In this document: in pieces, positions 1 through 8,900 of the stretch
Position numbering within the stretch: position 1 is the first letter of the stretch
Layout of the letters: each line of letters opens with the position of its first letter
NCBI GenBank assembly: GCA_017553445.1
Contig: JAFZMD010000091.1
Span: 12,164-76,163 of the forward strand
Length of the DNA stretch: 64,000 nt
Source of the DNA: Methanobrevibacter sp.
GTDB lineage: Archaea; Methanobacteriota; Methanobacteria; Methanobacteriales; Methanobacteriaceae
Reading direction: 5' to 3'
Notes under the pieces: model-generated
Told to the model about the DNA's origin: nothing
Database searches by the model: none
The model's input: the letters and a program-made list of their open reading frames with translations, nothing else
Program-made: the position numbers and the translations under genes

Positions 1-3000
1 TTTGGAGACAATTTAGAATTTAAAGACCAGGACAAATCATCATTTTTGATCCACAACCCAGTATCATCATACCAACTTATGTATGTTAAGCCGCCATATT
101 GATATTCTTTAACTAAAACATTATTTAACTCTACTTTACCGGTATTTTTAACAGTTACTTCAAATACAACCTGATCTCCAACAGCAACAGTTTTATTAAT
201 GGAAATTTTATTCACTTCAAATTCAGGCACAACAACTTCAACGGTATCATTAGCCGTTTTATTGCTACTTTCATTAGAAGTTACAGTTACATAATTAGTA
301 AAGTTACCCTCCTTTGTGGTATTAAAGACTGCATAAAATCTTGAAAGTTCACCTACATACAATATATCGTTGAATGTGAAAGTTAAATCTCCATTGTCAA
401 TCCACAAACCTGAATGATCAATAATATGGTCAAATACTAAACCTTCATCAAATTTCTCATAAATAGTGACATTATGTAATCTTTTATCACCAGTATTTCT
501 AACAATGATTTCAAATATTGCCTGAGTTCCATTTAAGACCAGTTTTTCTTGCACATATTTTTCAACGTTTAAATTTGGATTAGTTGCATTTTTTTCCGGA
601 TCATAAGGAGGTTCATTCTCATAAACAAATGTAGAATTATTAGCCGTTTTATTTTCCACATTATTTGCACCGGCAGTTACTGTGTTAGTCCAATTACCAG
701 TTTGAGTTGCATTAAATATGACTATTAATGTAGCAACATCATTAGGTTTTAAAGATTGGACTAATTTAAATGTAGGATATTTATCTTCAAAGTTAGGATA
801 CCATTCTTCATTATCAACATAAGAATGATATGTTAGATTCTCATAATCTGTCTCTTCAATGAATACTCCCGTTAAAGTAGTCTGGCCGACATTTCTAACA
901 ATGATTTGGAAATAAGTCAAATTATTTTTATGGACAAGAGGAGTTAAAGTTACTTTTTCAACTGTGAATTTTGGTTCTACAACTTCAACAGTGTCATTTG
1001 CTGTTTTATTTGGAGTGTAATCTGCACCACCAACAACAACATTAGTAAAATTACCTGCTACAGTAGTATTGAAGACAACAAAGAAACCATGAGCCTCACC
1101 AACAGAAAGCACATTATTAAAAGTCCACTTATGCTTACCCCCAACAACAGACTCAGTCCAGTGACCTAAACCAAAAGCATGATCAAACACCAAACCATCA
1201 TATTCAAACTCCTCAACAAATACATTATTCAAATCAATGCCACCAGTATTAGTAACAACAATTTCAAATGTAACCTGCTCACCAACAACAACAGTAGGAT
1301 TCAAGCTAATCTTTTCAATCTCAAATTTAGGATCTACAACTTCAACAGTTTCATTATCTGTCTTATTTCCAGTTTCATTACTGCCTGCAGTTACTAAATT
1401 AGTCCAATTACCTGCTTTAGTAGTATTGAAGACAACAAAGAAACCATGAGCCTCACCAGGAGCAATTGTACCATTGTATTTCCAAAGGTATTTTCCTCCC
1501 TCATTATATTCAATCCAATTACCCAAACTATAAGAACTTATAAATTCTAATCCTTCACCATAATCTGTTTCTTCAATAAATACATCAGTTAAATCGATTA
1601 AACCGATATTTCTAACAAAAACTTCAAAGTCTACTAATTCACCAACAACGACTGTCTTATTTAAAGCAATTTTATCGACTTTAAAATCAGGCACTGTAAC
1701 AACAGTGTCATTTTTCGCTGTTTTATTTTCAGTTTCATTGCTACCCGCAACAACAACATTTGTAAATGTACCGACTTTAGTTGTATTAAAGACAACAGAT
1801 AATATTGTAACTTGATTAATACCTAATACATCATTTAAAGTCCATCTGTTTTTACCATTTACAACCGAATGAGTCCAATGAGTTTGATTTAAGCTATGGC
1901 TAAATATTAACCCATCATAACTTGATTCTTCAATAAACACTCCTGTTAAATCTGTTAATCCTGTGTTTCTTACTATAATTTGGAAAGTTGTTTGTTCACC
2001 AAGTGTAACAAGAGGTGTAATAGTAATTTTTTCCACATTGAAGTTAGAGTCTAGAACTTCAGTACTGTTTGATGCATTATTATTGTCCATATTTGAATCA
2101 GGAGTACTACTATTAACAAATACATTATTAACAATAGTAGTATTGTCTGTATTTACTCTTGTAGTAATCTTTAAGGTAGCTGTATCACCTTTAGCCAGGT
2201 TACCAATATTCCAACGACCCGTCTTTAAATTATATCTACCATTAGAATCATCTCTTAAATATGTAAGAGTTGAAGGAAGAATATCAATAGCATAAGAATC
2301 AACAGCAATATCAGGACCATTATTGGTAGCAACTATAGTCCAAACAATTTCATCACCAATAACGGAAGTCTCTTTTGAAACCAATTTTATAACACTTAAA
2401 TCAGCAAGTGAATTTGGAGTAGTTGTATTATCAGCTATGTTATTACTTTCATTTGGGTCATATGTACTACTATTCACATTAGCAATGTTTAAAATAGTAG
2501 TATTTGTAATATTTACAATAGTTCTAATAGTTAAAGTAACTACTTGGTTAACATTCAATGTTTTAATATTCCAAACTCCAGTACTTGGATTATAATCTCC
2601 ATCAGCACCATTAAATATTAATCCATCTGGAATTTGATCAATTACATAAGCATCGGATACATTATTAAATCCATAATTTGTAGCTACAATAGTCCAAGTA
2701 ATTTCATCTCCAAAATTAGGAGTCTTATTTGAAACATACTTTTCAACGGCCAAATCAGCAACAGGAAGGATTTCAAAGTAGGTCATGTTTGTAATATATT
2801 TATATAATCCATCTTCAAAGTGAGTTACATTTACTGAATAGTTTCCTGGAAGAAGACCTTTTTCAGATACACTAGTATTTCCTAAAATGCCCGTTTTGGA
2901 AGTAAAATTAATTAAAACTTTACCTGTTTCAAGATGAGTGAGAACTATAGTAATGTTTTGCAAATCTTCACGTGAATCCTGATATAAGATTGTACCATTT

Positions 3001-5000
3001 TTACTGTTCTCTACACCATCTACTGGATTGATAAGTTTATTTCCAGTGTTATGAGTATCATTTACTGAAGATTCATAAGTTACATTATAAAAGAAGATAT
3101 TATTTGGTGAACCATCATTATAAATAGCATTGATAATGTTATCTCCACCTCTATGCGTAACATTTATGGTTATAACACCTTCAGGATCATAATAAATACG
3201 TTTTTTATTAGATATTGTTGTTAAAAGATAACTCCAAGCTTGATTTTCAATAAAGGTATCATCTTCAATAGTTAAATCTTTGCCTCGGTTATAAATTGCA
3301 GAACCGTTACGTGCAACATTATTTTCAAAATAACAATATGCAATATCAGAATTTTCTCCTTCAATATAAATTGCTCCACCTAAACCTTGATTCATGTCTT
3401 CTGTAGAAGCAATTGCAGTATTTGAAGTAAAATTAGAATTTAAAATTCTAAGGTTATCCCCCTGAGAGTGTAAAGCACCACCATGAAAGATTGCATCGTT
3501 ATTATTAAAAACAGAATTATTTACTAAGGTATTGTTACCAACAACATAAACTCCCGCTCCACCTCTAGAAGCAGTGTTGTTTTCAAAAGTGGAATTGTCA
3601 ATAAAGGTATTGTCCCCAATAATGTATATGGTACCTCTTGAACATTCATGTTCATAGAATTCAGAATTTATTACGGATGAATTCTGTCCGTGAATATAAA
3701 TTGCGGAACCATTTCCATTAGTTGCATAATTATCCCAAAAAGTACAGTTAATGAAATTATTATAGTTACCCGTGATGTGTACTGCTCCACCTTCTTCAGT
3801 ACCAGTATTATTTCTAAAGTAACAGTCGACAATATTGTTATAGTGTCCTTCAGGAATTCCATCTAAACCATGGTCAATACCTGCAAGCATATAAGCAGCC
3901 CCCTGTTTTGCTGTATTATTTTCAAAAGTACAGTTTTTAACAACAAGGTAATTTTGACTTGAACCTATAGCTCCACCTCTTTCAGTTGCAGTGTTGCCGA
4001 TGAAAGTACAATTTATAATGTTAGAATGGTAATTTTCATTGATTCCAGCATTACCATGAACATAAATAGCTCCTCCAACACCGGCACTACAATTAATAAA
4101 ATTAGAATTAAATATATCTACTCTGTTATTTCTTTCACCAGCAACACAAATAGCACCTGAGTGTCTGTTAGTTGTACAGTTAATAAAATTACAATGATCC
4201 AATACTGAATTATATGTTACGGCCATTGCAGCATATTCATAATCATTCTCATCCTCTTCTTCTAAAGAATGACAGTTCGTAAAGTTTACATCATATAAAT
4301 TAGAATTTCTTATAACAAAACCAGCTACAGCAAGTGTAAAATTATCAAACAAAACGTGGTTTAAATTACAGTTAACAAAGAAATTCGGATACATACAAAC
4401 ATCATTAAAGTTTTTAAAAGTTATATTTTCAAAATTACAGTTTTTAATTTCATTACGTTTACTTATAGGAATAGAAGTTATATTGCCTGCATTAAAAATT
4501 CCATTGATAAAAGTTAAGTGTTTTTCTGTTGAAATACTAGGATTTCCATTTTTTGCTCCAATGATTTCTTTACCTTCCAAATCAATGATATCTCCATCAT
4601 TTGCTATTGTTATAGCATCTCTAACATCACTAAAATAATTTCCTTGTACTTTAATAATATTATTTGATTGAAGAACATAATCTTCTTCATTACTTATTCC
4701 CAATAAAGTTTTTTCATCTACATTTTCATTTTCAATACTTTTAAGTGATGTTTTTTCACTTTCATTATCATCAATTGAAATATCATTTGTTACATCATCA
4801 AGTGGAATGTCACTTGTTACTTCATCATAGGAAGTGTCATAGTTCACTTCCAAAATTTCTTCTTCAATTATTACATCCTGTTCAACAGATAAAAAATCAG
4901 TTGTTGAATCAGCAATATCTTCACTAGCACTAACAATTCCAATACTAGTGGATAAAAAGATTAACATTAAAAATATGTATAAAATCGACTTACTTTTCAT
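1..5000 (-). CDS. Adhesin-like surface protein, N-terminus complete, C-terminus cut by window edge (signal peptide, parallel beta-helix region, at least 8 DUF11-type repeats)
   Basis: Reverse complement from 5000 reads ATG AAA AGT AAG... = MKSKSILYIFLMLIFLSTSIGIVSASEDI (signal peptide). The frame checked at several points (3719, 1300, 200, 59) stays open. The ORF track lists no minus ORF starting at 5000, consistent with no stop before position 1. N-terminal half has beta-helix turns (NCTFENNTAKQGAAYM, GGAIYVHG, GGAVHITG). The distal part has repeats with motif GExVTFEIVVTNTGxxxLxxVFIEE (for example PTVVVGEQVTFEIVVTNTGG at about 1240-1300 and VAVGDQVVFEVTVKNTGKVELNN at about 125-195). Confidence 0.85.
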   Translation of the reverse strand, partial: MKSKSILYIFLMLIFLSTSIGIVSASEDIADSTTDFLSVEQDVIIEEEILEVNYDTSYDEVTSDIPLDDVTNDISIDDNESEKTSLKSIENENVDEKTLLGISNEEDYVLQSNNIIKVQGNYFSDVRDAITIANDGDIIDLEGKEIIGAKNGNPSISTEKHLTFINGIFNAGNITSIPISKRNEIKNCNFENITFKNFNDVCMYPNFFVNCNLNHVLFDNFTLAVAGFVIRNSNLYDVNFTNCHSLEEEDENDYEYAAMAVTYNSVLDHCNFINCTTNRHSGAICVAGERNNRVDIFNSNFINCSAGVGGAIYVHGNAGINENYHSNIINCTFIGNTATERGGAIGSSQNYLVVKNCTFENNTAKQGAAYMLAGIDHGLDGIPEGHYNNIVDCYFRNNTGTEEGGAVHITGNYNNFINCTFWDNYATNGNGSAIYIHGQNSSVINSEFYEHECSRGTIYIIGDNTFIDNSTFENNTASRGGAGVYVVGNNTLVNNSVFNNNDAIFHGGALHSQGDNLRILNSNFTSNTAIASTEDMNQGLGGAIYIEGENSDIAYCYFENNVARNGSAIYNRGKDLTIEDDTFIENQAWSYLLTTISNKKRIYYDPEGVITINVTHRGGDNIINAIYNDGSPNNIFFYNVTYESSVNDTHNTGNKLINPVDGVENSKNGTILYQDSREDLQNITIVLTHLETGKVLINFTSKTGILGNTSVSEKGLLPGNYSVNVTHFEDGLYKYITNMTYFEILPVADLAVEKYVSNKTPNFGDEITWTIVATNYGFNNVSDAYVIDQIPDGLIFNGADGDYNPSTGVWNIKTLNVNQVVTLTIRTIVNITNTTILNIANVNSSTYDPNESNNIADNTTTPNSLADLSVIKLVSKETSVIGDEIVWTIVATNNGPDIAVDSYAIDILPSTLTYLRDDSNGRYNLKTGRWNIGNLAKGDTATLKITTRVNTDNTTIVNNVFVNSSTPDSNMDNNNASNSTEVLDSNFNVEKITITPLVTLGEQTTFQIIVRNTGLTDLTGVFIEESSYDGLIFSHSLNQTHWTHSVVNGKNRWTLNDVLGINQVTILSVVFNTTKVGTFTNVVVAGSNETENKTAKNDTVVTVPDFKVDKIALNKTVVVGELVDFEVFVRNIGLIDLTDVFIEETDYGEGLEFISSYSLGNWIEYNEGGKYLWKYNGTIAPGEAHGFFVVFNTTKAGNWTNLVTAGSNETGNKTDNETVEVVDPKFEIEKISLNPTVVVGEQVTFEIVVTNTGGIDLNNVFVEEFEYDGLVFDHAFGLGHWTESVVGGKHKWTFNNVLSVGEAHGFFVVFNTTVAGNFTNVVVGGADYTPNKTANDTVEVVEPKFTVEKVTLTPLVHKNNLTYFQIIVRNVGQTTLTGVFIEETDYENLTYHSYVDNEEWYPNFEDKYPTFKLVQSLKPNDVATLIVIFNATQTGNWTNTVTAGANNVENKTANNSTFVYENEPPYDPEKNATNPNLNVEKYVQEKLVLNGTQAIFEIIVRNTGDKRLHNVTIYEKFDEGLVFDHIIDHSGLWIDNGDLTFTFNDILYVGELSRFYAVFNTTKEGNFTNYVTVTSNESSNKTANDTVEVVVPEFEVNKISINKTVAVGDQVVFEVTVKNTGKVELNNVLVKEYQYGGLTYISWYDDTGLWIKNDDLSWSLNSKLSP

Positions 5001-5947
5001 AATTTCACCAAAATATACTCTTTTTAAACTATATATCACCTGATATGTTAGTTGATTTTATTGAAAGCTTCCCCCCAATAAACAATGGTTAATTATATGA
5101 AGCAATATGGTGATGTTTACTTGAAAATATTGAAGAAGAATAAAAGTTAAAAAAAGAAGATTCATTATAATTATTATCTAACTGACTCGAATTTGGCGAG
5201 TCTTTTATAATATCTTCGATAAAATCAAATTTAAAATCGTCCTTTAAAGTATATATAATACCGGATTTAATAAAAATTTGCTTTTTATTGAAATGAACTT
5301 CGATAGAGTTATTTACATAATTATTATGAATAATACTATTTGAACTAAATTCTAAATCAACCATATAATCATCACTGTGAATTTTTTCTATTTCACCCAG
5401 ATCATTTAAATAACCATTTAAGCAGACTTCATCAATCTGATAACAATTAACACTAGTTTCATTAATATTACAATCACAACAATTGAAAGTGATAACAATA
5501 CTAATTTAAGAAATATTGTTAATCTTAAAATCTTTGATTTAAAAGCCAGCATATATCACGTTTATTAAATTTTTTTTAACAAAGCTATTTATTTAACATA
5601 TTATAAAAAAAGTTAAATGACCATAGCTTAACAAAATATATTGTTAGTCATCATATATAAACTATACAGTTTGATAATAAAATTAATTATAAATATTCAG
5701 TTAAGTATCTATTTGATATAACTATATTATACTGTATAGGTATTTTCAAAAAAATTGACAATACATATTTATAACAAAGTTATAATAGGTGGTTTCTAAA
5801 AAAAGGATTAGTTTTATAGATAACGAACAGAAAAATTATGAAAAAAATTTTCTACAGTAACCAAAAATTATTGCAAATAATGTGAAAAATTGATGCAAAA
5901 ATTATTTTTGAATAAAAATAAATATAACAAATTCATAATTTAATAAT

Positions 5948-7063
5948 ATGACTACCTTGGAGAAGATGAAAATTCTGACTGATTCGGCACAGTATGATTT
6001 ATGTGATTATGTCAATCATAACAAAAGTTCACAGGTAAATCTACCTGGAATCTATCATGCTACCGGACATAATGGTTGTCAAATTCCACTTTTTAAAACG
6101 CTCCTCACCAACAAATGTAAAAATGACTGTAAATACTGCATTAACCAATCCAAAAGAAACTTTACTAGGCTTGAACTTGCACCTGAAGAACTTGCAAAAG
6201 CATTTCTTAACTACTACAATAGAGGTCTTGTAAACGGTTTGTTCTTAAGTTCAGGTGTCGATAGAGATGAAGATCTTACAATGGAAAAAACAATAGAAAC
6301 AATTAGAATCTTAAGAAAAGTTTATGGATACGATGATTATATACATTTAAAAATTGTTCCGGGAGCAAGTAAAGATTCAATTAAAAGGGCTATGGCTCTT
6401 GCAAACAGAGTCAGCATTAATATTGAAGCTGCTACCCCATCAGGATTAGCTGAACTGTCATCTACCAAGGATTATAATAAAGATATACTAAAACGCCTGC
6501 GTTGGATTGATAACTTACATGGTAAAAGTACAACCTATCCAAATTCTACCCACACCACTCAGCTAATTGTCGGTGCGAACGATGAAAGTGATAGGGAAAT
6601 TTTACATAGAATGGAAAAAATCTACAATAAAACGAAACTGAAGAGAACATATTTCTCCGCATTTTCACCAATTGAAGAAACAGATTTCGAAAATAAAGAG
6701 GCTTGCAGTACAGATAGAACTGCGAAATTATATAATGCGGATAGTTTACTTAACGATTATCATTTTAAACTTAATGAATTAGTATTTGATGAAAACAACC
6801 AATTGTCATTAACACAAGATCCAAAGATTTTAGCTGCTGAAAATATGGATATATTTCCTGTAGAAATTAACTCAGCACCTTTCATAGAACTGATTCGTGT
6901 GCCGGGAATTGGCATGAAATCTGCTAGAAAAATAATTTCTATTAGAAAAAAAATGCCATTCAAAAACAAAAATGAATTGAAAAAACTGGGTGTGGTTGTC
7001 GATAGAGCTGAAAAGTATATTAAAATAGATGGAGCTTATCAAAGTCTATTAGAAAATTTCTAA
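5948..7063 (+). CDS. Radical SAM protein of the 'putative DNA modification/repair' family (TIGR03916-like) with C-terminal helix-hairpin-helix
   Basis: 371-aa ORF. CX3CX2C cluster CKNDCKYC. Family-like blocks ILTDSAQYDLC, LFLSSGV, IHLKIVPGAS, SINIEA, QLIVGAN. C-terminal HhH IRVPGIGMKSARKIISIR. Confidence 0.8.
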   Translation: MTTLEKMKILTDSAQYDLCDYVNHNKSSQVNLPGIYHATGHNGCQIPLFKTLLTNKCKNDCKYCINQSKRNFTRLELAPEELAKAFLNYYNRGLVNGLFLSSGVDRDEDLTMEKTIETIRILRKVYGYDDYIHLKIVPGASKDSIKRAMALANRVSINIEAATPSGLAELSSTKDYNKDILKRLRWIDNLHGKSTTYPNSTHTTQLIVGANDESDREILHRMEKIYNKTKLKRTYFSAFSPIEETDFENKEACSTDRTAKLYNADSLLNDYHFKLNELVFDENNQLSLTQDPKILAAENMDIFPVEINSAPFIELIRVPGIGMKSARKIISIRKKMPFKNKNELKKLGVVVDRAEKYIKIDGAYQSLLENF

Positions 7064-7069
7064 TATATT

Positions 7070-7615
7070 CTATTTTAAATCTTCAAACAAATTCCAAATT
7101 TCAGGATATTTTTTAGATACCGCTTCATCAATTAATATTGATGCTTCACGACTAATACTGAATTCAGGTTCTGTTTTTCTTAAATATCTAAATACAGCAG
7201 CAGACCTTGAAGACCATAATGTTATTCTTGGGTTTTTATCAACAATATCTAAAACTTCAGCTACATTTTCCTGTTTTTTGACATCTTGTGGATTTGATAT
7301 GCTTTCTTCACTGCTTTCATCCCCAGATACATCTTCGGATTCGCTAATGCCCACTTCAACTTCTTCCTGGTCATTACTACTTGATATCCTTTCTCCAGTA
7401 TCTTCATTTGTGTCTTCCGGTTCATTGCCATCAACTTCTACAGAATCTTCAATATCTTCTACATCAAGCTCCTTTTTTTCATTAGATTCATCTATAGGTG
7501 TTTCATCCTTTTCCTTTAGCATGTCTTCTAATGATTGAGCACTATTGCTATCAAAATCTTCATCATAAAACTCAGGTATTAAAGAATCTAATCCTTTACC
7601 AAGTCCACGAGTCAT
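7070..7615 (-). CDS. ParB-like partition adaptor: ParB N-terminal peptide, polyacidic linker, predicted RHH C-terminal domain
   Basis: 181 aa. N-terminus MTRGLGKGLDSLIPEF resembles the ParB/Spo0J N-terminal ParA-stimulating peptide. Residues ~17-125 are D/E/S-rich low complexity. The C-terminus RITLWSSRSAAVFRYLRKTEPEFSISREASILIDEAVSKKY fits a strand-helix-helix pattern. The start codon abuts the parA stop codon (7615/7616). Confidence 0.7.
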   Translation of the reverse strand: MTRGLGKGLDSLIPEFYDEDFDSNSAQSLEDMLKEKDETPIDESNEKKELDVEDIEDSVEVDGNEPEDTNEDTGERISSSNDQEEVEVGISESEDVSGDESSEESISNPQDVKKQENVAEVLDIVDKNPRITLWSSRSAAVFRYLRKTEPEFSISREASILIDEAVSKKYPEIWNLFEDLK

Positions 7616-8392
7616 CTAATCACTTCCATCTCTTTGTAAAATTTCTTTTGCTAATTTCAAATAAGCCTTTGTTCCGGTACTATCAGGATCATATATTAAA
7701 CATGGTTTTCCAAAACTTGGTGCTTCAGCTAGCCTAATGTTTCTTGGAATAATAGTCTTTAACAGCAAATTGGTTTCACCAAAGTAGCTTTTTAATTCCT
7801 TATGAACATCCCTACTTAATCTAGTCCTTCTATCATATAAAGTAAGTAAAACACCTTTAATTGGTGTAGGACTTTTAAGCCTTTGTTCTACAAGTTTAAT
7901 AGTATTTATCAAATCTGCAACACCTTCGAGTGCATAATATTCAGCTTGAATTGGTATTAATACACTATCTGAGGCGACTAATGCATTTACAGTTATCACA
8001 CCTAATGAAGGAGGTAAATCAATAAAAATATAATCAAATAACGGAATAACATCTTTAAGGGTTTCTTTCAAAATAATATGGTAATTTTCTCTTTGAGAAA
8101 GTTCAACACCGGCACCACTTAATGATATGTTACTTGGAATTATGAATAAATTTTTTATAAATGTAGGGATAGTGGCTTTTTTAATATTTATATCCCCTAT
8201 AATTGCATCATAAATAGTATTTTCTAATTCGGTTTTATTTATTCCAAAACTAGTTGTTGCATTTGCTTGGGGATCCATATCTACAACTAAAACAGACTTT
8301 CCCATTACAGCTAGTGAAGTTGCGGTATTTACTACAGTAGTTGTTTTCCCACATCCTCCTTTTTGATTCATTACGGCTATTACTTCACTCAT
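7616..8392 (-). CDS. parA: ParA/Soj-family partition ATPase
   Basis: 258 aa. Deviant Walker A NQKGGCGKTTT. DMDPQANAT block. Overall Soj/ParA length and pattern. AGGAGA Shine-Dalgarno upstream of the ATG. Confidence 0.9.
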   Translation of the reverse strand: MSEVIAVMNQKGGCGKTTTVVNTATSLAVMGKSVLVVDMDPQANATTSFGINKTELENTIYDAIIGDINIKKATIPTFIKNLFIIPSNISLSGAGVELSQRENYHIILKETLKDVIPLFDYIFIDLPPSLGVITVNALVASDSVLIPIQAEYYALEGVADLINTIKLVEQRLKSPTPIKGVLLTLYDRRTRLSRDVHKELKSYFGETNLLLKTIIPRNIRLAEAPSFGKPCLIYDPDSTGTKAYLKLAKEILQRDGSD

Positions 8393-8419
8393 TAAATAAT
8401 TCTCCTAATTAAAATGATA

Positions 8420-8870
8420 CGTAAGTTAAAAGATTTAACTTAAAAAAGTTAAACCCCCTAACTTAAACGAGATAAATTATAAGTTAACATGAACTTTTAA
8501 GTTAAAAGGTATAACATATAAGCTATACCCTCCAACTTAAATGAGATAAATTATAAGTTAACATGATTAAGTTAAAAATATTAACTTAAAACTTCTAAGG
8601 AAGAAGGTATAACCTATATTTTATAAGTTAAACCCTCAAACTTAAAAGTGATAAATTTTAAGTTAACATGATTAAGTTATACGAAATAACTTTTAACATT
8701 TAAGTTATCATAAATAAGTTAAAAGAATTAACTTTTAACTATTAAGTTATATTTTATAACTTCAACCTTATAAAGTATTTGTTTTCAGAAATAAGTTATT
8801 AGTTATAAGTGAGAAGTTATAACAAAAAATAAAATTATAAGTTATAAGTGAGAAGTTATAACAAAAAAAA
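8420..8870. repeat. Iteron field upstream of parA: three ~58-nt direct repeats plus two 29-nt identical repeats, all built from AAGTTA/TAACTT hexamers (candidate centromere/operator)
   Basis: Unit A starts at 8454, 8528 and 8633 (CCCT.AACTTAAA.G.GATAAATT.TAAGTTAACATGA..TTAAGTTA...ATAAC). Unit B AGTTATAAGTGAGAAGTTATAACAAAAAA is identical at 8801-8829 and 8840-8868. I counted 16 AAGTTA and 6 TAACTT exact hexamers in ~450 bp. Confidence 0.8.
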
Positions 8871-8900
8871 TATAAAAAAATAAAAGAGTGAAAATCACTC
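8861..8900 (-). terminator. Hairpin plus oligo-T terminator downstream of trpB2
   Basis: On the minus strand the stem GAGTGA-TTT-TCACTC (8886-8900) overlaps the TAG stop. It is followed by TTTTATTTTTTTATATTTTTTTT. Confidence 0.5.

Noticed and set aside
1179-4927. Track ORFs 1179-1397, 1237-1449, 1963-2295, 2323-2595, 4745-4927 (plus strand) and 3671-3862 (minus strand)
   Set aside because: They lie antisense to, or out of frame with, the large minus-strand adhesin gene, and their low-complexity translations show no motifs.
5089-5552. 91-aa ORF 5089-5364 (minus strand) and an upstream 44-aa hydrophobic ORF 5418-5552 (MLAFKSKILRLTIFLKLVLLSLSIVVIVIL...) that could be joined by a frameshift into a membrane-anchored protein
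   Set aside because: Both are low-complexity, lack a recognisable SD or any motif, and lie in a very AT-rich spacer. I cannot distinguish a decayed pseudogene from chance ORFs without homologs.
7278-7737. Plus-strand ORFs 7278-7538 and 7498-7737
   Set aside because: They are Ser-rich antisense shadows of the acidic (GAA/GAT-rich) region of the ParB-like gene.
8420-8870. Possible CRISPR array because of regularly recurring repeats
   Set aside because: Repeat units differ in length (about 58 nt and 29 nt) and spacing is irregular (74, 105 and 39 bp). The 'spacers' are themselves made of the same AAGTTA hexamer, and no cas genes are present. The region fits iterons or a centromere better.
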